A DNA stretch of 64,000 nt from an uncultured Chloroflexia bacterium (GTDB lineage: Bacteria > Chloroflexota > Limnocylindria > Limnocylindrales > CSP1-4). Every line of letters starts with the position of its first letter. The stretch's first letter is position 1. The notes under the pieces were generated by a model that worked only from the letters and a program-made list of their open reading frames with translations, was not told the DNA's origin and did not search any database. A program made the position numbers and the translations under genes. The stretch covers positions 387,074 through 451,073 of the forward strand of contig CAWCVO010000003.1 of NCBI GenBank assembly GCA_963798955.1. Reading direction: 5' to 3'. Below, piece by piece: positions 19,469-29,917 of the stretch.

Positions 19469-21066
19469 CAGACGGTGATCAGCTCGCGGTGCTCGCCGAA
19501 GGCCACGCGCAGGCGGTCGCTGATCTCACCCAGCGTGGCGTGCGCCTTGACCGCGGCGATGATCGGCGGCATCAGGTTGCCCTTCCCGCGGGCGGTGGCC
19601 TCCAGCTCGCCCAGTGCACGCGCCCACTCCTGCTGGTCACGCTCGGCGCGCAACCGACGCACCCGCGCAACCTGCTCCTGCTCGGCATGCGGATCGATGC
19701 GCTGCAAGTCGGGCGTGTGGATCTCGTCGTCGCGAAAACGGTTCACGCCGACGACCACCTGGTCGCCCGATTCGATCTCGCGCTGCACCCGGTAGGCGGC
19801 CTCCTGGATCTGGCGCTGCTGATAGCCCGCCTCGATCGCCGCCAGGGCGCCACCCATGGCATCTATCTGCGCCAGGTACTCGTTGGCCGCCCCTTCGAGC
19901 TGGTCGGTCAGGCGCTCGACGTAGTAGCTCCCGGCGAGCGGATCGGGCGTCGCCGCCACCCCCGACTCAAAGGCAATGATCTGCTGCGTGCGCAGCGCCA
20001 GGCGCGCGGCCGCCTCCGTGGGCAGCGCCAGGGCCTCGTCGCGCGCATTGGTGTGCAGGCTCTGGGTCCCGCCCAGGACCGCGGCCAGGGCCTCGATGGT
20101 GGTGCGCACCACGTTGTTGTCGACCGACTGCGCGGTCAAGCTCGAACCGGCAGTCTGGACGTGGAAGCGGCACATCATCGAGCGTGCCTCGTGTGCCCCG
20201 AAGCGCCCCTTCATGATGCGCGCCCACATGCGCCGCGCGGCGCGGAACTTGGCGACCTCCTCGAGCAGATCACTCCACGCGGCGAAGAAGAACGACAGGC
20301 GCCCGGCAAAGGCGTCCACGTCGAGGCCGCGCGCGCGCGCGGCCTCGACATATGCGATCCCATCGGCCAGCGTGAAGGCGAGCTCCTGCGCGGCCGTGGC
20401 GCCCGCCTCGCGCATGTGGTAGCCACTGATCGAGATCGTGTTCCAGCGCGGCAGCTCGCGCGCGCAGAACTCGAAGATGTCGGTCACCAGTCGCATCGAT
20501 GCCTGCGTCGGATAGATATACGTACCGCGCGCGACGTACTCCTTCAGGATGTCGTTCTGCACGGTGCCGCCCAGCCGGTCGCGTGGTATCCCCTGCCGGT
20601 CGGCCACAGCGACGTAAAGCGCCAGCAGGATGGCTGCCGTGGCATTGATCGTCATCGAGGTGGTCAGCTCGCCCAACGGCAGGCCGTCGAGCAGGACCTC
20701 CATGTCCTCGATCGAACTCACCGGCACGCCGACCCGGCCAACTTCGCCGAGGGCCGCGGGGGCATCCGGGTCGTAGCCCATCTGGGTGGGCAGGTCGAAC
20801 GCCACCGACAGCCCGGTCTGACCCTGTTCGATCAGGTAGCGGAAGCGCCGGTTCGTCTCGGCCGCGGTGGAGAAGCCCGCGTACTGGCGCATCGTCCACA
20901 GGCGACCGCGGTACATCGTGGGCTGTACGCCGCGGGTGAACGGATACTCGCCCGGTCTGCCCAGCTCCTCCGCCGGGTCGAAGCCGGCCAGGTCGGCAGC
21001 GCTGTAGAGCGGCTCGATCTCTATGTCGCTGGTCGTGACGAAGCGGCGCGGGTTCGTATCGCTCAT
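19468..21066 (-). CDS. methylmalonyl-CoA mutase, catalytic (N-terminal) subunit without B12-binding domain
   Basis: 532 aa. [53 protein letters not shown] and NDILKEY motifs. It ends before the cobalamin-binding domain, so this is a split-type mutase. Confidence 0.9.
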   Translation of the reverse strand: MSDTNPRRFVTTSDIEIEPLYSAADLAGFDPAEELGRPGEYPFTRGVQPTMYRGRLWTMRQYAGFSTAAETNRRFRYLIEQGQTGLSVAFDLPTQMGYDPDAPAALGEVGRVGVPVSSIEDMEVLLDGLPLGELTTSMTINATAAILLALYVAVADRQGIPRDRLGGTVQNDILKEYVARGTYIYPTQASMRLVTDIFEFCARELPRWNTISISGYHMREAGATAAQELAFTLADGIAYVEAARARGLDVDAFAGRLSFFFAAWSDLLEEVAKFRAARRMWARIMKGRFGAHEARSMMCRFHVQTAGSSLTAQSVDNNVVRTTIEALAAVLGGTQSLHTNARDEALALPTEAAARLALRTQQIIAFESGVAATPDPLAGSYYVERLTDQLEGAANEYLAQIDAMGGALAAIEAGYQQRQIQEAAYRVQREIESGDQVVVGVNRFRDDEIHTPDLQRIDPHAEQEQVARVRRLRAERDQQEWARALGELEATARGKGNLMPPIIAAVKAHATLGEISDRLRVAFGEHRELITV

Positions 21067-21087
21067 GCCTGCGCGCCAGTCTACGTG

Positions 21088-21564
21088 CTAACCCAGGGTC
21101 AATAGCTCGTCGTCGCGCTCGACACGACCACCCAGCTCGACATGGATCGCCTCGACCACCCCGGCACGCGGGGCACGTACCTCGTTTTCCATCTTCATCG
21201 CCTCGACCGCCAGCAGCCGCTCACCCTGCTCGACGGCCTGGCCCTGCTCGACCCACACGCGCACCACCCGCCCGGGGATCTGGGCCCGCAGCTGCTGGCG
21301 CGTGTGGGGCTGGTGTTCGGCAGCGGCGCGCGCCGCACGCTCGCGCAGCTCGGCGCGGCGCGCCGGCTCGACGCGAACCTCGAGCGACCAGCCATTGACG
21401 GTCACGCGGAAGTGCTGCGCAGCCGTGGCGCGGGTGTCCGGAACGGCCATCACGCGCTCACCGCGTCGCGGCGGAGGGACAACGGCAACCTGTTCCGGCT
21501 GCAACTGGATATCGAGCGGGACGTCGGGTACCAGCACCCGCACGGCGCCCCGGCGGGGACTCAT
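21088..21564 (-). CDS. biotin carboxyl carrier (biotinyl/lipoyl domain) protein
   Basis: 158 aa. The C-terminal ~70 aa are a biotinyl domain with the AMKM biotinylation motif (LLAVEAMKMENEVRAP). The ATG at 21562-21564 overlaps the biotin carboxylase stop (ATGA). Confidence 0.8.
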   Translation of the reverse strand: MSPRRGAVRVLVPDVPLDIQLQPEQVAVVPPPRRGERVMAVPDTRATAAQHFRVTVNGWSLEVRVEPARRAELRERAARAAAEHQPHTRQQLRAQIPGRVVRVWVEQGQAVEQGERLLAVEAMKMENEVRAPRAGVVEAIHVELGGRVERDDELLTLG

Positions 21565-23123
21565 CGCGGCTCGGCCGCCTCGGCAATGCCTGCCCGCCAC
21601 CAGGCGGCGGCCGCCGGTGCCGCCGCTCCATCCGCTCGGACGGGGCTTGCGGGGACGTCCTCCGTCGCTGCCCGGGCAGCCAGCTCGGCGGCGCGCAGCG
21701 CGGCGGCGGACAGGAGGGGCACGGGATCCCACAGGCGCTCGACCAGGTCGGTCGAGAGGTCCGTCGCAGCCACGAACTCGGGTCGCGTCAGCAGCCAGCG
21801 GTCGAAAGGCAACGTCGTCTGCAGCCCACCGACGACGACTTCGTCGAGCGCGCGTGCCAGCCGGGCCAGGGCGGCCGGGCGGTCGGGCGCGACCACGAGT
21901 AGCTTGGCCAGCAGCGGGTCGTAGTCGGGGCTGACCGTGCTCCCCTCCTCCACGCCCGCGTCGATGCGCACGCCCGGGCCGCCGGGCATGCGCCAGTGCT
22001 CGATGGTGCCCGGCGCCGGCGCGAAACCGTGCGCCGGATCCTCGGCGCTGAGACGGACCTCGATCGCATGACGCTGCGGATGATGGGCCGCGGCGGCGGC
22101 GGCCAGCACCGGCGCCGACAGCGGGCGGCCAGCGGCGAGCCAGAGCTGTTCGGCTACCAGGTCCAGGCCGCTGACCAGTTCGGTCACGCCATGCTCCACC
22201 TGTAATCGCGCGTTCACCTCGAGGAACCAGAACTCGCCCGCGGGGGTGAGCAGGAACTCGGCGGTCGCGGCGTTGTGCAGGCCGACCGTCCGCGCGACGG
22301 CCACGCCCAGTTCGTGGACGTGGCGGCGCTCGTCCTCGCCCAGTCCCGGGGCCGGCGCTTCCTCGACCAGCTTCTGGTGGCGACGCTGGACCGAGCAGTC
22401 GCGCTCGCCCAGGGCCACGATGTTGCCCTGCGCGTCACCCAGCAACTGGACCTCGACGTGCCGCGCGTGTTCGACATAGCGTTCCAGGTACACAGAACCG
22501 TCGCCGAAGGCGGCCGCCGCCTCGCGGGCGGCAGCGGCGAGGGCCTCGGCAAGATCACCCGGCGCTGCCACGCGGCGCATGCCGCGTCCGCCACCGCCCG
22601 CCGCCGCCTTGACCATCAGCGGAAAGCCAATGCGCTCGCCGTCGGCGACCAGCTTGCGCATGTCGCCCGCGGGATCGGCCGGCTCGAATGTCCCGGGCAC
22701 GACCGGGACGCCGGCCGCCTGGGCGCGCGCCCGCGCCGCCAGTTTGTCGCCGAGTTGTCCGAGTGTGGCGGGCGACGGACCGACGAATGCGATACCGGCC
22801 GCGGCGCAGGCCTCCGCGAGCGCCGGCTGCTCCGACAGGAATCCGTATCCCGGATGCAGTGCCTCGGCGCCCGTCGCGCGGGCGGCGGCGATGATGGCGT
22901 CGAGGTTGAGGTAGCTCTCACGGGCCGCGGCGCCACCGATGGCCACTGCCCTGTCGGCGGCGCGGACATGCGGCGCATCGATGTCGGCCGCCGAGTAGAC
23001 GGCTATCGATTCGATCCCCAGTTCACGACACGCGCGGATGACGCGGAGCGCGATCTCGCCGCGATTGGCAACCAGCAGCGACCTGAACGGCCTGCCGGGC
23101 TGGCTGTCTTTGCGCAAAGACAC
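21561..23123 (-). CDS. accC: acyl-CoA carboxylase biotin carboxylase subunit
   Basis: 520 aa. LLVANRGEIALRVIRA, ATP-grasp GGGGRGMR and EVNARLQVEHGVTE. GTG start at 23121-23123. Confidence 0.9.
   Translation of the reverse strand: MSLRKDSQPGRPFRSLLVANRGEIALRVIRACRELGIESIAVYSAADIDAPHVRAADRAVAIGGAAARESYLNLDAIIAAARATGAEALHPGYGFLSEQPALAEACAAAGIAFVGPSPATLGQLGDKLAARARAQAAGVPVVPGTFEPADPAGDMRKLVADGERIGFPLMVKAAAGGGGRGMRRVAAPGDLAEALAAAAREAAAAFGDGSVYLERYVEHARHVEVQLLGDAQGNIVALGERDCSVQRRHQKLVEEAPAPGLGEDERRHVHELGVAVARTVGLHNAATAEFLLTPAGEFWFLEVNARLQVEHGVTELVSGLDLVAEQLWLAAGRPLSAPVLAAAAAAHHPQRHAIEVRLSAEDPAHGFAPAPGTIEHWRMPGGPGVRIDAGVEEGSTVSPDYDPLLAKLLVVAPDRPAALARLARALDEVVVGGLQTTLPFDRWLLTRPEFVAATDLSTDLVERLWDPVPLLSAAALRAAELAARAATEDVPASPVRADGAAAPAAAAWWRAGIAEAAEPR
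23105..23122. repeat. 18-bp perfect palindrome TGTCTTTGCGCAAAGACA (copy 1)
   Basis: Read directly from the sequence. It covers the accC GTG start codon and the first codons (S-L-R-K-D). The same core occurs at 26176-26197. Confidence 0.9.
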
Positions 23124-23128
23124 CGCGG

Positions 23129-24682
23129 CTACAGCGGGATGTTGCCGTGCTTGCGCGGCAGGTTCGATTGCCGCTTGCCGTCGAGCATGGTCAGTGCGGC
23201 GATGACGCGCGGCCTGGTCTCGGCGGGGATGATCACGTCGTCGACGTAGCCGCGACTGGCGGCGATGTAAGGATTGGCGAACCGCTCCTCGTACTCGACA
23301 GCGAGCCGCGCGCGCTCCGCCGCGGGGTCGTCGGCGCGGGCGATCGTGTCGCGGAAGATGACGTTGACCGCGCCCTCGACGCCCATGACCGCGATGCGCG
23401 CGGTGGGCCAGGCGAGATTGACGTCACCGCGGATGTGCTTGCTGCTCATGACGTCGTAGGCACCGCCGTACGCCTTGCGCGTGATGACGGTCACCTTGGG
23501 TACTGTCGCCTCGGCATACGCGTACAGCAGCTTCGCGCCGTGGCGGATGATGCCGCCGTGTTCCTGCGCCACACCGGGCAGGAATCCGGGTACATCGACG
23601 AGCGTCAACAACGGCACGTTGAAAGCGTCGCAGGTGCGCACGAAACGCGCAGCCTTGTCGGATGCGTCGATGTCCAGCGCACCGGCCAGGACCGCCGGCT
23701 GATGGCCGACGATGCCGACGCTGCGGCCGCCGACATAAGCGAAGCCGACGATGATGTTGGCCGCCCACGCCGGCTGGAGCTCGAGGAACTCGCCCTCGTC
23801 GACGATGCTGGTGATGACTTCGTGCATGTCATAGGGCTGCGCCGGGTCGGACGGCACGACGTCGTTGAGTCGCTCGTCGCGCCGATCCGCCGGGTCGCGC
23901 GTGGTCCTTGTGGCGGGTTTCTCGAGATTGTTCTGGGGCAGGTGCGCGAGCAGGCGGCGGGCGAGGTCCATCGCCTGCGCCTCATCGTGGGCGGCCAGGT
24001 GGGCAACGCCACTGATGCTCGTGTGCACTGACGCGCCGCCCAGTCGCTCCCGGTCAACCTCCTCGTGCGTGACGCTGCGCACGACGTCGGGGCCGGTGAC
24101 GAACATGTAACTCGTGCCGTCGACCATCACCGTGAAGTCGGTGATCGCCGGCGAGTACACCGCGCCACCGGCGCACGGTCCGAGAATGAGCGAGATCTGC
24201 GGCACAACGCCGGACGCCAGCGTGTTGCGCAGGAAGATGTCGGCGTAGCCGCCCAGCGAAACGACACCTTCCTGGATGCGCGCGCCGCCCAAATCGTTGA
24301 GGCCGATGATCGGCGCGCCGACACGCACGGCAAGATCCATCACCTTGCAGATCTTTTCGGCATGGGCTTCCGACAGCGAACCGCCAAAGACGGTGAAGTC
24401 CTGGCTGAACACGAATACCAGCCGGCCGGCGATGGTGCCATGGCCGACGACAACGCCGTCACCCAGGAAGCGCTGGCGGTCGAGTCCGAAATCGGTGGCC
24501 CGGTGAGTCACGAACGCGTCGAACTCGACGAACGAATCGGGATCGAGCAGCAGCTCCAGTCGCTCGCGCGCGGTGAGCTTCCCGCGTTCGTGTTGTTGCG
24601 CGATGCGTTCCCGGCCGCCGCCTTCGCGCGATTCCTCGCGCAGCGACAGGAGCCGCTCGATTTCCGGATGCTCGGATGACAC
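23129..24682 (-). CDS. pccB: propionyl-CoA carboxylase beta chain / acyl-CoA carboxyltransferase
   Basis: 517 aa carboxyltransferase with [30 protein letters not shown] and [13 protein letters not shown] motifs. Confidence 0.9.
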   Translation of the reverse strand: MSSEHPEIERLLSLREESREGGGRERIAQQHERGKLTARERLELLLDPDSFVEFDAFVTHRATDFGLDRQRFLGDGVVVGHGTIAGRLVFVFSQDFTVFGGSLSEAHAEKICKVMDLAVRVGAPIIGLNDLGGARIQEGVVSLGGYADIFLRNTLASGVVPQISLILGPCAGGAVYSPAITDFTVMVDGTSYMFVTGPDVVRSVTHEEVDRERLGGASVHTSISGVAHLAAHDEAQAMDLARRLLAHLPQNNLEKPATRTTRDPADRRDERLNDVVPSDPAQPYDMHEVITSIVDEGEFLELQPAWAANIIVGFAYVGGRSVGIVGHQPAVLAGALDIDASDKAARFVRTCDAFNVPLLTLVDVPGFLPGVAQEHGGIIRHGAKLLYAYAEATVPKVTVITRKAYGGAYDVMSSKHIRGDVNLAWPTARIAVMGVEGAVNVIFRDTIARADDPAAERARLAVEYEERFANPYIAASRGYVDDVIIPAETRPRVIAALTMLDGKRQSNLPRKHGNIPL

Positions 24683-24738
24683 GTCGACCTCCAGCGGATG
24701 GCTGGTGTATGGGATCCGACCTATCGTAGCAACGCGAA

Positions 24739-24781
24739 ATGTCCACAGATTCGGTGAACAACTTCCGCATCCTGTGGATAA
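24739..24781. promoter_or_regulatory. DnaA-box pair (one perfect TGTGGATAA, one 7/9 box in opposite orientation)
   Basis: 24773-24781 TGTGGATAA is the reverse complement of the consensus TTATCCACA. 24739-24747 ATGTCCACA has 2 mismatches. Both lie in the relatively AT-rich pccB/parA divergent intergenic region. Confidence 0.45.
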
Positions 24782-24846
24782 CCGAGGTGTGTCGGACGAC
24801 TCTTTCTTGCTAGATTGACGGCGTAGCCAGTGCAGAGGGGTAGCGG

Positions 24847-25623
24847 TTGTCGGCCATGATCATCGCCATCGCAAACCAGAAGGGCGGCGTCGGCAAGACA
24901 ACGACCGCCATCAACCTCGCCGGATCCCTGGCCGAACAGGGCTACCGGGCCTTGTGCGTCGACATGGACCCGCAGTCCAACCTGAGCGTCGGCTTGGGCA
25001 TCAACATGCGCAACGTCGAGCGCTCGATGGCCGAGGTGCTGATCGATTCGGACGTGTCCATCGATGACATCATCCTGCCCACCCAGACGACCGGCGTCGA
25101 CGTCGCGCCGGCAACGATCGACCTGTCCGCGACGGAGAACATGCTCTTCAGCGCGATCGGCCGGGAGCAGGCGCTGCGCGAAACTCTCCAGAATTCGCCT
25201 GCGGTCGCGCAGTACGACTACGTGCTGATCGATTGCCCGCCCACCCTCGGGCTGCTCACGCTGAATGCCCTGGTGGCAGCCGACGGCGTGATCATCCCCG
25301 TCCAGACGCAGTACTACGCGCTCAAGGGCTTCACAGCACTGACGAACGTGATCACCCAGATCCGCAGCAAGGGCCTCAACCCTCGGTTGCGCGTGCTCGG
25401 CCTGCTGCCGACGTTCTACGACAGCCGCACGCTGCTCGGCCGCGACATGCTCCAGGAGCTGCGCGACATGGGCAGTCACCATATCTTCGAGAACATGATC
25501 AAGCAGACAGTGCGGCTCGGCGAGGCACCGCTGGTCGGCAGGCCGGTTACCTCATATGCCAGTAACACCGACGCGGCACGCGCATACAGGGGATTGGCAC
25601 GGGAGGTGATCGAGCTTGGCTAG
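24847..25623 (+). CDS. parA: chromosome partitioning ATPase ParA/Soj
   Basis: Deviant Walker [20 protein letters not shown] and the DMDPQSN and IDCPPTLG motifs. TTG at 24847 has GAGGGG 6 nt upstream; alternative ATG at 24856. Confidence 0.9.
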   Translation: MSAMIIAIANQKGGVGKTTTAINLAGSLAEQGYRALCVDMDPQSNLSVGLGINMRNVERSMAEVLIDSDVSIDDIILPTQTTGVDVAPATIDLSATENMLFSAIGREQALRETLQNSPAVAQYDYVLIDCPPTLGLLTLNALVAADGVIIPVQTQYYALKGFTALTNVITQIRSKGLNPRLRVLGLLPTFYDSRTLLGRDMLQELRDMGSHHIFENMIKQTVRLGEAPLVGRPVTSYASNTDAARAYRGLAREVIELG

Positions 25624-26632
25624 ACCGGATTTCCGCGGCACCGCCGCACGCCGACTTTCAGAAGAGGAACGGGAACTCCCGCCGGCCATCCTCAGCCTGC
25701 TGTCGCCCGACTCCACGTCCCGGCCGGCCGGTGTGCGCAACGTCCAGCTCGATCGCATCACGCCCAACCCGGACCAGCCGCGCATGAACTTCGACGAGTC
25801 GGCCCTTGCCGAGCTGGCGGCGTCAATTCGCGAACACGGCGTGCTCCAACCGGTGCTCGTGCGCCCGTCCGGTGATCCGCATCACTACCAGCTGGTTGCC
25901 GGCGAACGGCGCTGGCGCGCCGCGCGCGCCGCGGGACTGACTGAGGTCCCGGCGCTGATCGAGCAACTCGACGACGACACGGCGCTCGAGATCGGCATCA
26001 TCGAAAACCTCCAGCGCGAAGACCTGTCGCCGCTCGAAGAGGCCATGATCTACGACCGCATGACCAGCGAGCACGGCTACAGCGTGCGCCGGCTGGCGCA
26101 GAAGCTGGGCAAGGACAAGGGTTACATCGAGAACCGCCTGCGCCTCGCCGGCGCGCCGACGGAAATCAAGCAGCTCGTGTCTTTGCGCAAAGACACGCTC
26201 TCACACGCCTATGAGCTGCTGAAGGTCGACGACCCAAAGAAGCGCCGCCGGCTGGCGGCCCAGGTCGCCGCCGGCGAACTGAGCCTGGTCAAGTTGCGCG
26301 AAAGGATCGAGGGCCGCCAGGCCGCCCGACCAGCCGCCACGCCGGCAAATGACGAAGGAGCGGTCGCGGCCGCCCCGGCAGAGAACGACGACGACCTCGC
26401 GCGGTTCGCCTCGCGCCAGCGAGCACTGGGTGGCGACGACGCGCTGGTCGCGGCCAAGCAGTCGCTGGCAGACGGTCTCGAGATACTCGGCGAGGTCCTC
26501 GGCTCGCCCGCCGTGCTGGCCGAGATTGGCGAGGTCGACCGATCGAACCTGGCCAAGTACCTGATGATCGTCAAGCTGCGGCTGGAGAACGCCATCACCG
26601 TCGTGCGCAGCGGACGCGCGCTGGAGCACTGA
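25616..26632 (+). CDS. parB: chromosome partitioning protein ParB/Spo0J
   Basis: 338 aa. ParB box [43 protein letters not shown] and an HTH region. The TTG start has GGGAGGTG 7 nt upstream and overlaps the parA end. Confidence 0.9.
   Translation: MARPDFRGTAARRLSEEERELPPAILSLLSPDSTSRPAGVRNVQLDRITPNPDQPRMNFDESALAELAASIREHGVLQPVLVRPSGDPHHYQLVAGERRWRAARAAGLTEVPALIEQLDDDTALEIGIIENLQREDLSPLEEAMIYDRMTSEHGYSVRRLAQKLGKDKGYIENRLRLAGAPTEIKQLVSLRKDTLSHAYELLKVDDPKKRRRLAAQVAAGELSLVKLRERIEGRQAARPAATPANDEGAVAAAPAENDDDLARFASRQRALGGDDALVAAKQSLADGLEILGEVLGSPAVLAEIGEVDRSNLAKYLMIVKLRLENAITVVRSGRALEH
26176..26197. repeat. 22-bp perfect palindrome CGTGTCTTTGCGCAAAGACACG (copy 2)
   Basis: Read directly from the sequence, inside parB, in frame encoding V-S-L-R-K-D-T. 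It shares the 18-nt core with 23105-23122. Confidence 0.9.
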
Positions 26633-27487
26633 TCAGGCGGCGAGGAGCCAGCCGACCCCCAGCAGCCCGATGGCGAGGCACTGAGCCTGCCAGCCTGCCT
26701 CACGCCTGCGGCTCCCCCGGCTGGCGCTCAGGATCACGCCGAGCAGTGCCAGGGCGGTCGCCCCACTGACAGCGAGTGACGCCGGCCGCGGCGCGGGCGT
26801 GCTGAGGCCGGCACCCAACGTCCCCCAGGCGAGGATGTAGATGACGGCCACGAGGCCGGCCATCAGCACCACTGCGCGGGCGCGGCCGAGGCTCGCGGGC
26901 AAGGTCGCGACGTGGGCCAGCAGGTCAGCCTCGAGGTCGACGAGGCCGTTCGACAGCTGGAGCGCCGGCCCAGCCAGGGCTGCCACCGGCAGCAACACCT
27001 GCCAGTTCGGCGGCAGGTCGCCGCTCGCGCCGAACCACGCATAAACCGGCAGGATCGGAAATGCGACCGAGAAACACAGCCACGCCCATGGCGTGGGCTT
27101 GAGCCACATGTCGTAGACCAGCCCGGCCGCGAGCATCGCCAGCGCCATGAGCAGCACGGTCGGGCCGAGTGCCGCGGCCGCCAGCAGCCCTCCCCCGCCG
27201 GCCAGCACGGCGATGGCACCCGCCGTCCGCGGTGCGACGAGGCCCCGTGGGATCGGCTTGGCCGGTTTGGCAAGCGCATCGAGCGGTGCGTCGACGAAAT
27301 CGTTCAAGGCGCCAATGGCGAACTGGATGCCGAGCATGCCCAGGGCCAGTAACGTGACGATCGTCAGCCCGCCGGCGACGTCCCCGGCACGCGACAGGGC
27401 CACCAGCGCGAGCGCGGCCACGAGGGCGGCGTTGAACAGCGAGGGAAACGGATGGACGACCCGCAGGGCCGCTAGCGCGCGCTGCAC
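26633..27487 (-). CDS. UbiA-family aromatic/polyprenyl prenyltransferase
   Basis: 284 aa with 8-9 TM helices. First Asp-rich motif NDFVDAPLD, second acidic motif region LSNGLVDLEADL. Substrate not assignable. Confidence 0.8.
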   Translation of the reverse strand: MQRALAALRVVHPFPSLFNAALVAALALVALSRAGDVAGGLTIVTLLALGMLGIQFAIGALNDFVDAPLDALAKPAKPIPRGLVAPRTAGAIAVLAGGGGLLAAAALGPTVLLMALAMLAAGLVYDMWLKPTPWAWLCFSVAFPILPVYAWFGASGDLPPNWQVLLPVAALAGPALQLSNGLVDLEADLLAHVATLPASLGRARAVVLMAGLVAVIYILAWGTLGAGLSTPAPRPASLAVSGATALALLGVILSASRGSRRREAGWQAQCLAIGLLGVGWLLAA

Positions 27488-27498
27488 GGGCGGCGCCC

Positions 27499-27879
27499 CT
27501 AGATGTAGATCAGCTCGTCGAAGTTCTTGACGAGGTAGACGATCAGTCGCTCGCGCGCGTCGCCGTAGACCTGGTGCGCGCCGGTCACGAAATAGTTGAG
27601 TGAGATGGCGGGCACCATCAGCTGGCCGTCCTGAGTGTGCCCGACAGCTGCCAGGGGCCCGCCGCCACGCGCGTAGATCTGTTCCAGCCGCCGATCATCG
27701 GCGCCAAAGGCGGAGCGCAGGTTGTCGAGGACCTGGCGCACGCCGTGGCTGATGGACACGTCGCGCATCAACTCGGCCGCCCACGCGTCGATCTGCTCGT
27801 CGGACTGCTCTTCAAGTCTCTTGCGGTATTCGGCCGGCGTGGCTGACAGGCCGGTGGCGGTCACGGCGCCCTCCTTCAT
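27499..27879 (-). CDS. hypothetical protein (126 aa)
   Basis: Clean ORF with a balanced, non-Arg-rich composition. The opposite-strand ORFs are shorter. No recognised motif. Confidence 0.55.
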   Translation of the reverse strand: MKEGAVTATGLSATPAEYRKRLEEQSDEQIDAWAAELMRDVSISHGVRQVLDNLRSAFGADDRRLEQIYARGGGPLAAVGHTQDGQLMVPAISLNYFVTGAHQVYGDARERLIVYLVKNFDELIYI

Positions 27880-27945
27880 GACGGGCGTCGATTATCTCAC
27901 CGCCACCGGCCCACGAGTGAGCGCCGTGATCCGCCGGCGGACGTG

Positions 27946-28323
27946 CTAGGCCGTCGCTGCCGGGCGGAACAGGCGGATCGCGGCGAGGATGATGAACTCG
28001 ATGATCAACCAGCCGATCAGGGCAACGATGGCGCTGACGTCCAGCGCGGTTGCGCCGCCCTGGACCTCGTTCAGGCTCAACATGCCGCGGAAGGGCGCGA
28101 CGAAGATTTCGCTCAGGTTGTAGACGAAGGCAACGATCTGGTTGCTCTCGCGCGCGGCCACCAGCAGCAGCACGATGCGCAACAGGATCAGCAGTTCGAT
28201 CAGGCTGAAGATGAACTCGATCAGGCGCTCAACTGCGCGCAGGGGGCTCGGCCGGTACACGCGCACGTAGGTATCGGTATAGGCGCCCGGCTCGGCCAGG
28301 TCGGCCTCAGGGCGATAGGTCAC
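27946..28323 (-). CDS. YggT-family membrane protein
   Basis: GTG at 28321-28323 with GGAGGT 5 nt upstream. 125 aa with two YggT-like hydrophobic repeats (LIEFIFSLIELLILLRIVLLL.. and ..IVALIGWLIIEFIILAAI). Confidence 0.7.
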   Translation of the reverse strand: MTYRPEADLAEPGAYTDTYVRVYRPSPLRAVERLIEFIFSLIELLILLRIVLLLVAARESNQIVAFVYNLSEIFVAPFRGMLSLNEVQGGATALDVSAIVALIGWLIIEFIILAAIRLFRPAATA

Positions 28324-28438
28324 GGCTACCTCCGATCTGCCCGCCGGCGCTGACCTCGGTGCCGGGGGCCGGGTCAGCCTGCCAAGGACCGGGGCGACGG
28401 CGCGCGGCTGCTGACCACCACATTCATTGCAAAGCCGT

Positions 28439-28672
28439 TCAAGTGCGCGGGGTCTCGAGGCGCAGCGCGAGCAACGGACAAGCCGACACGGCGCGCCTTG
28501 CCAGCGGCTCGAGGTCGCCGGAGATGCCGTTGTCGTCGACGATCGGGTAGCCCCAGTCGTCGAGCTGGATCGCCTCGGGCAGCAGCTCTGCGCATAGCCC
28601 GCGGCCATCGCAGGCAATGCGGTCGACCACCAGCCGCAACCTCCTGGTCGCGATCACGCTGGAGCGGGTCAC
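28439..28672 (-). CDS. small ferredoxin (single-cluster, CxxxxxC...CP type)
   Basis: 77 aa. Cys ligand pattern IACDGRGLC ... SACP is typical of actinobacterial-type 3Fe-4S/4Fe-4S ferredoxins. The GTG start overlaps the upstream stop (GTGA). Confidence 0.7.
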   Translation of the reverse strand: MTRSSVIATRRLRLVVDRIACDGRGLCAELLPEAIQLDDWGYPIVDDNGISGDLEPLARRAVSACPLLALRLETPRT

Positions 28673-29916
28673 GCCGCGACCTCGAGGCCATGCGCGCGGC
28701 GCGGCCGGTCACTCGTGCACCCGCGCCCCGCAGCATGTGCCGTGAAATCGGCATCGAAGGCGGCCAACCCGGACGCGAGCACACTGGCGGCGCCGTCGGG
28801 GTGATGACAGGCCCCGCGGCCCACGAGCTGCGCCCGCCAGCGCACGAGGCGACTCACGTCGGCAGGCTGTGCGCGGTGCTGCGCAACAGCGGCTGCCGTG
28901 TCGGCGATCGCGCGCAGGCCGAAGACGCACGGCCCGCATTGCGCCGCACTCTGCGAGGCCATGTACTCGAGGATGCCCGCCGTGGCGCTGACGCCGCAGG
29001 CGTCGGCGGCGAGAAACGCGATGACGCCGGCCCCCAGCGACAGGCCGCCCGCGCGCAGGGCCTGCGGATCGAGGGCCAGGCCAAACGCCTGGGCGGCAGG
29101 GACGAACGCACCGAAGTAGCCGCCGATCAGGATGGCCGACACCGCCGACTGATTGACGCCGGTTATGGTGGCCAGCTCACGCAGCGTCGTGCCGTACTCG
29201 ATCTCCCTGACACCCGCGCGCGCCGTCCCGTGCACCGTCACCAGCGCTGTGCCGGGCGTCGTAGCGCGCCCGGCGGCGCGGTACCAGGCGCTGCCATAGC
29301 GCGCGATGAGCGCCACGTGGGCGAGCGACTCCACGTTCTGGACCAGGGTGGGCCGTCCGTCGATGCCGCGCTCGAAGGGGCGCGGGGGCACGCTCGTGGG
29401 TCGCGGATCACCGGCGTTGACGGCGTGCACGGCTGCCGATTCCTCGCCGGCAACGTACGCATCGGGCGCCGAGACGAGGCGGACTGGCAATTTGAGGCCA
29501 TGCGGCGAAGCGCGCCGTTCACGCAGGGCGCTGACCAGCGCGTGACGGGACGCGCGCTGGGCCTGCCCCACGTACAGCACGATCTGGCGGGCACCGACCG
29601 CGTGCGCGGCCAGTTGTGCGCCGTCGAGCACCAGGTGCGGGCGGAGGCTCATGAGGGTCCGGTCCTTGGCACTGAGCGGCTCGCCCTCGGCTCCGTTCAC
29701 CAGCACGCGAGCGTCACCACCGCCGCGCTCGGCGACCGTCTGCCACTTGCGCCCGACCGGGAAGGCACCGCCGCCTCGCCCGAGAAGTCCGCTCGCTGTG
29801 ATTTCGCCGATCAACGCCGGCCCCACGCTCGGCGCCGGCCCAAGCCGCCCGAGGTGCTGGGCAAGCGTCTCGGGGCCGGCCTCGAGCGGCTGGCCGGCAA
29901 GCAGGCGCGGTTCCAC
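28669..29916 (-). CDS. NuoF-like protein (NADH dehydrogenase 51-kDa subunit family: FMN/NAD site, SLBB and 4Fe-4S region)
   Basis: GLLGRGGGAFPVGRKW, VNGAEGEPLSAKDR and the C-terminal cluster motif SAAQCGPCVFG. GTG at 29914-29916 lies 1 nt after the upstream stop. Confidence 0.8.
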   Translation of the reverse strand: MEPRLLAGQPLEAGPETLAQHLGRLGPAPSVGPALIGEITASGLLGRGGGAFPVGRKWQTVAERGGGDARVLVNGAEGEPLSAKDRTLMSLRPHLVLDGAQLAAHAVGARQIVLYVGQAQRASRHALVSALRERRASPHGLKLPVRLVSAPDAYVAGEESAAVHAVNAGDPRPTSVPPRPFERGIDGRPTLVQNVESLAHVALIARYGSAWYRAAGRATTPGTALVTVHGTARAGVREIEYGTTLRELATITGVNQSAVSAILIGGYFGAFVPAAQAFGLALDPQALRAGGLSLGAGVIAFLAADACGVSATAGILEYMASQSAAQCGPCVFGLRAIADTAAAVAQHRAQPADVSRLVRWRAQLVGRGACHHPDGAASVLASGLAAFDADFTAHAAGRGCTSDRPRRAHGLEVAA

Positions 29917-29917
29917 G

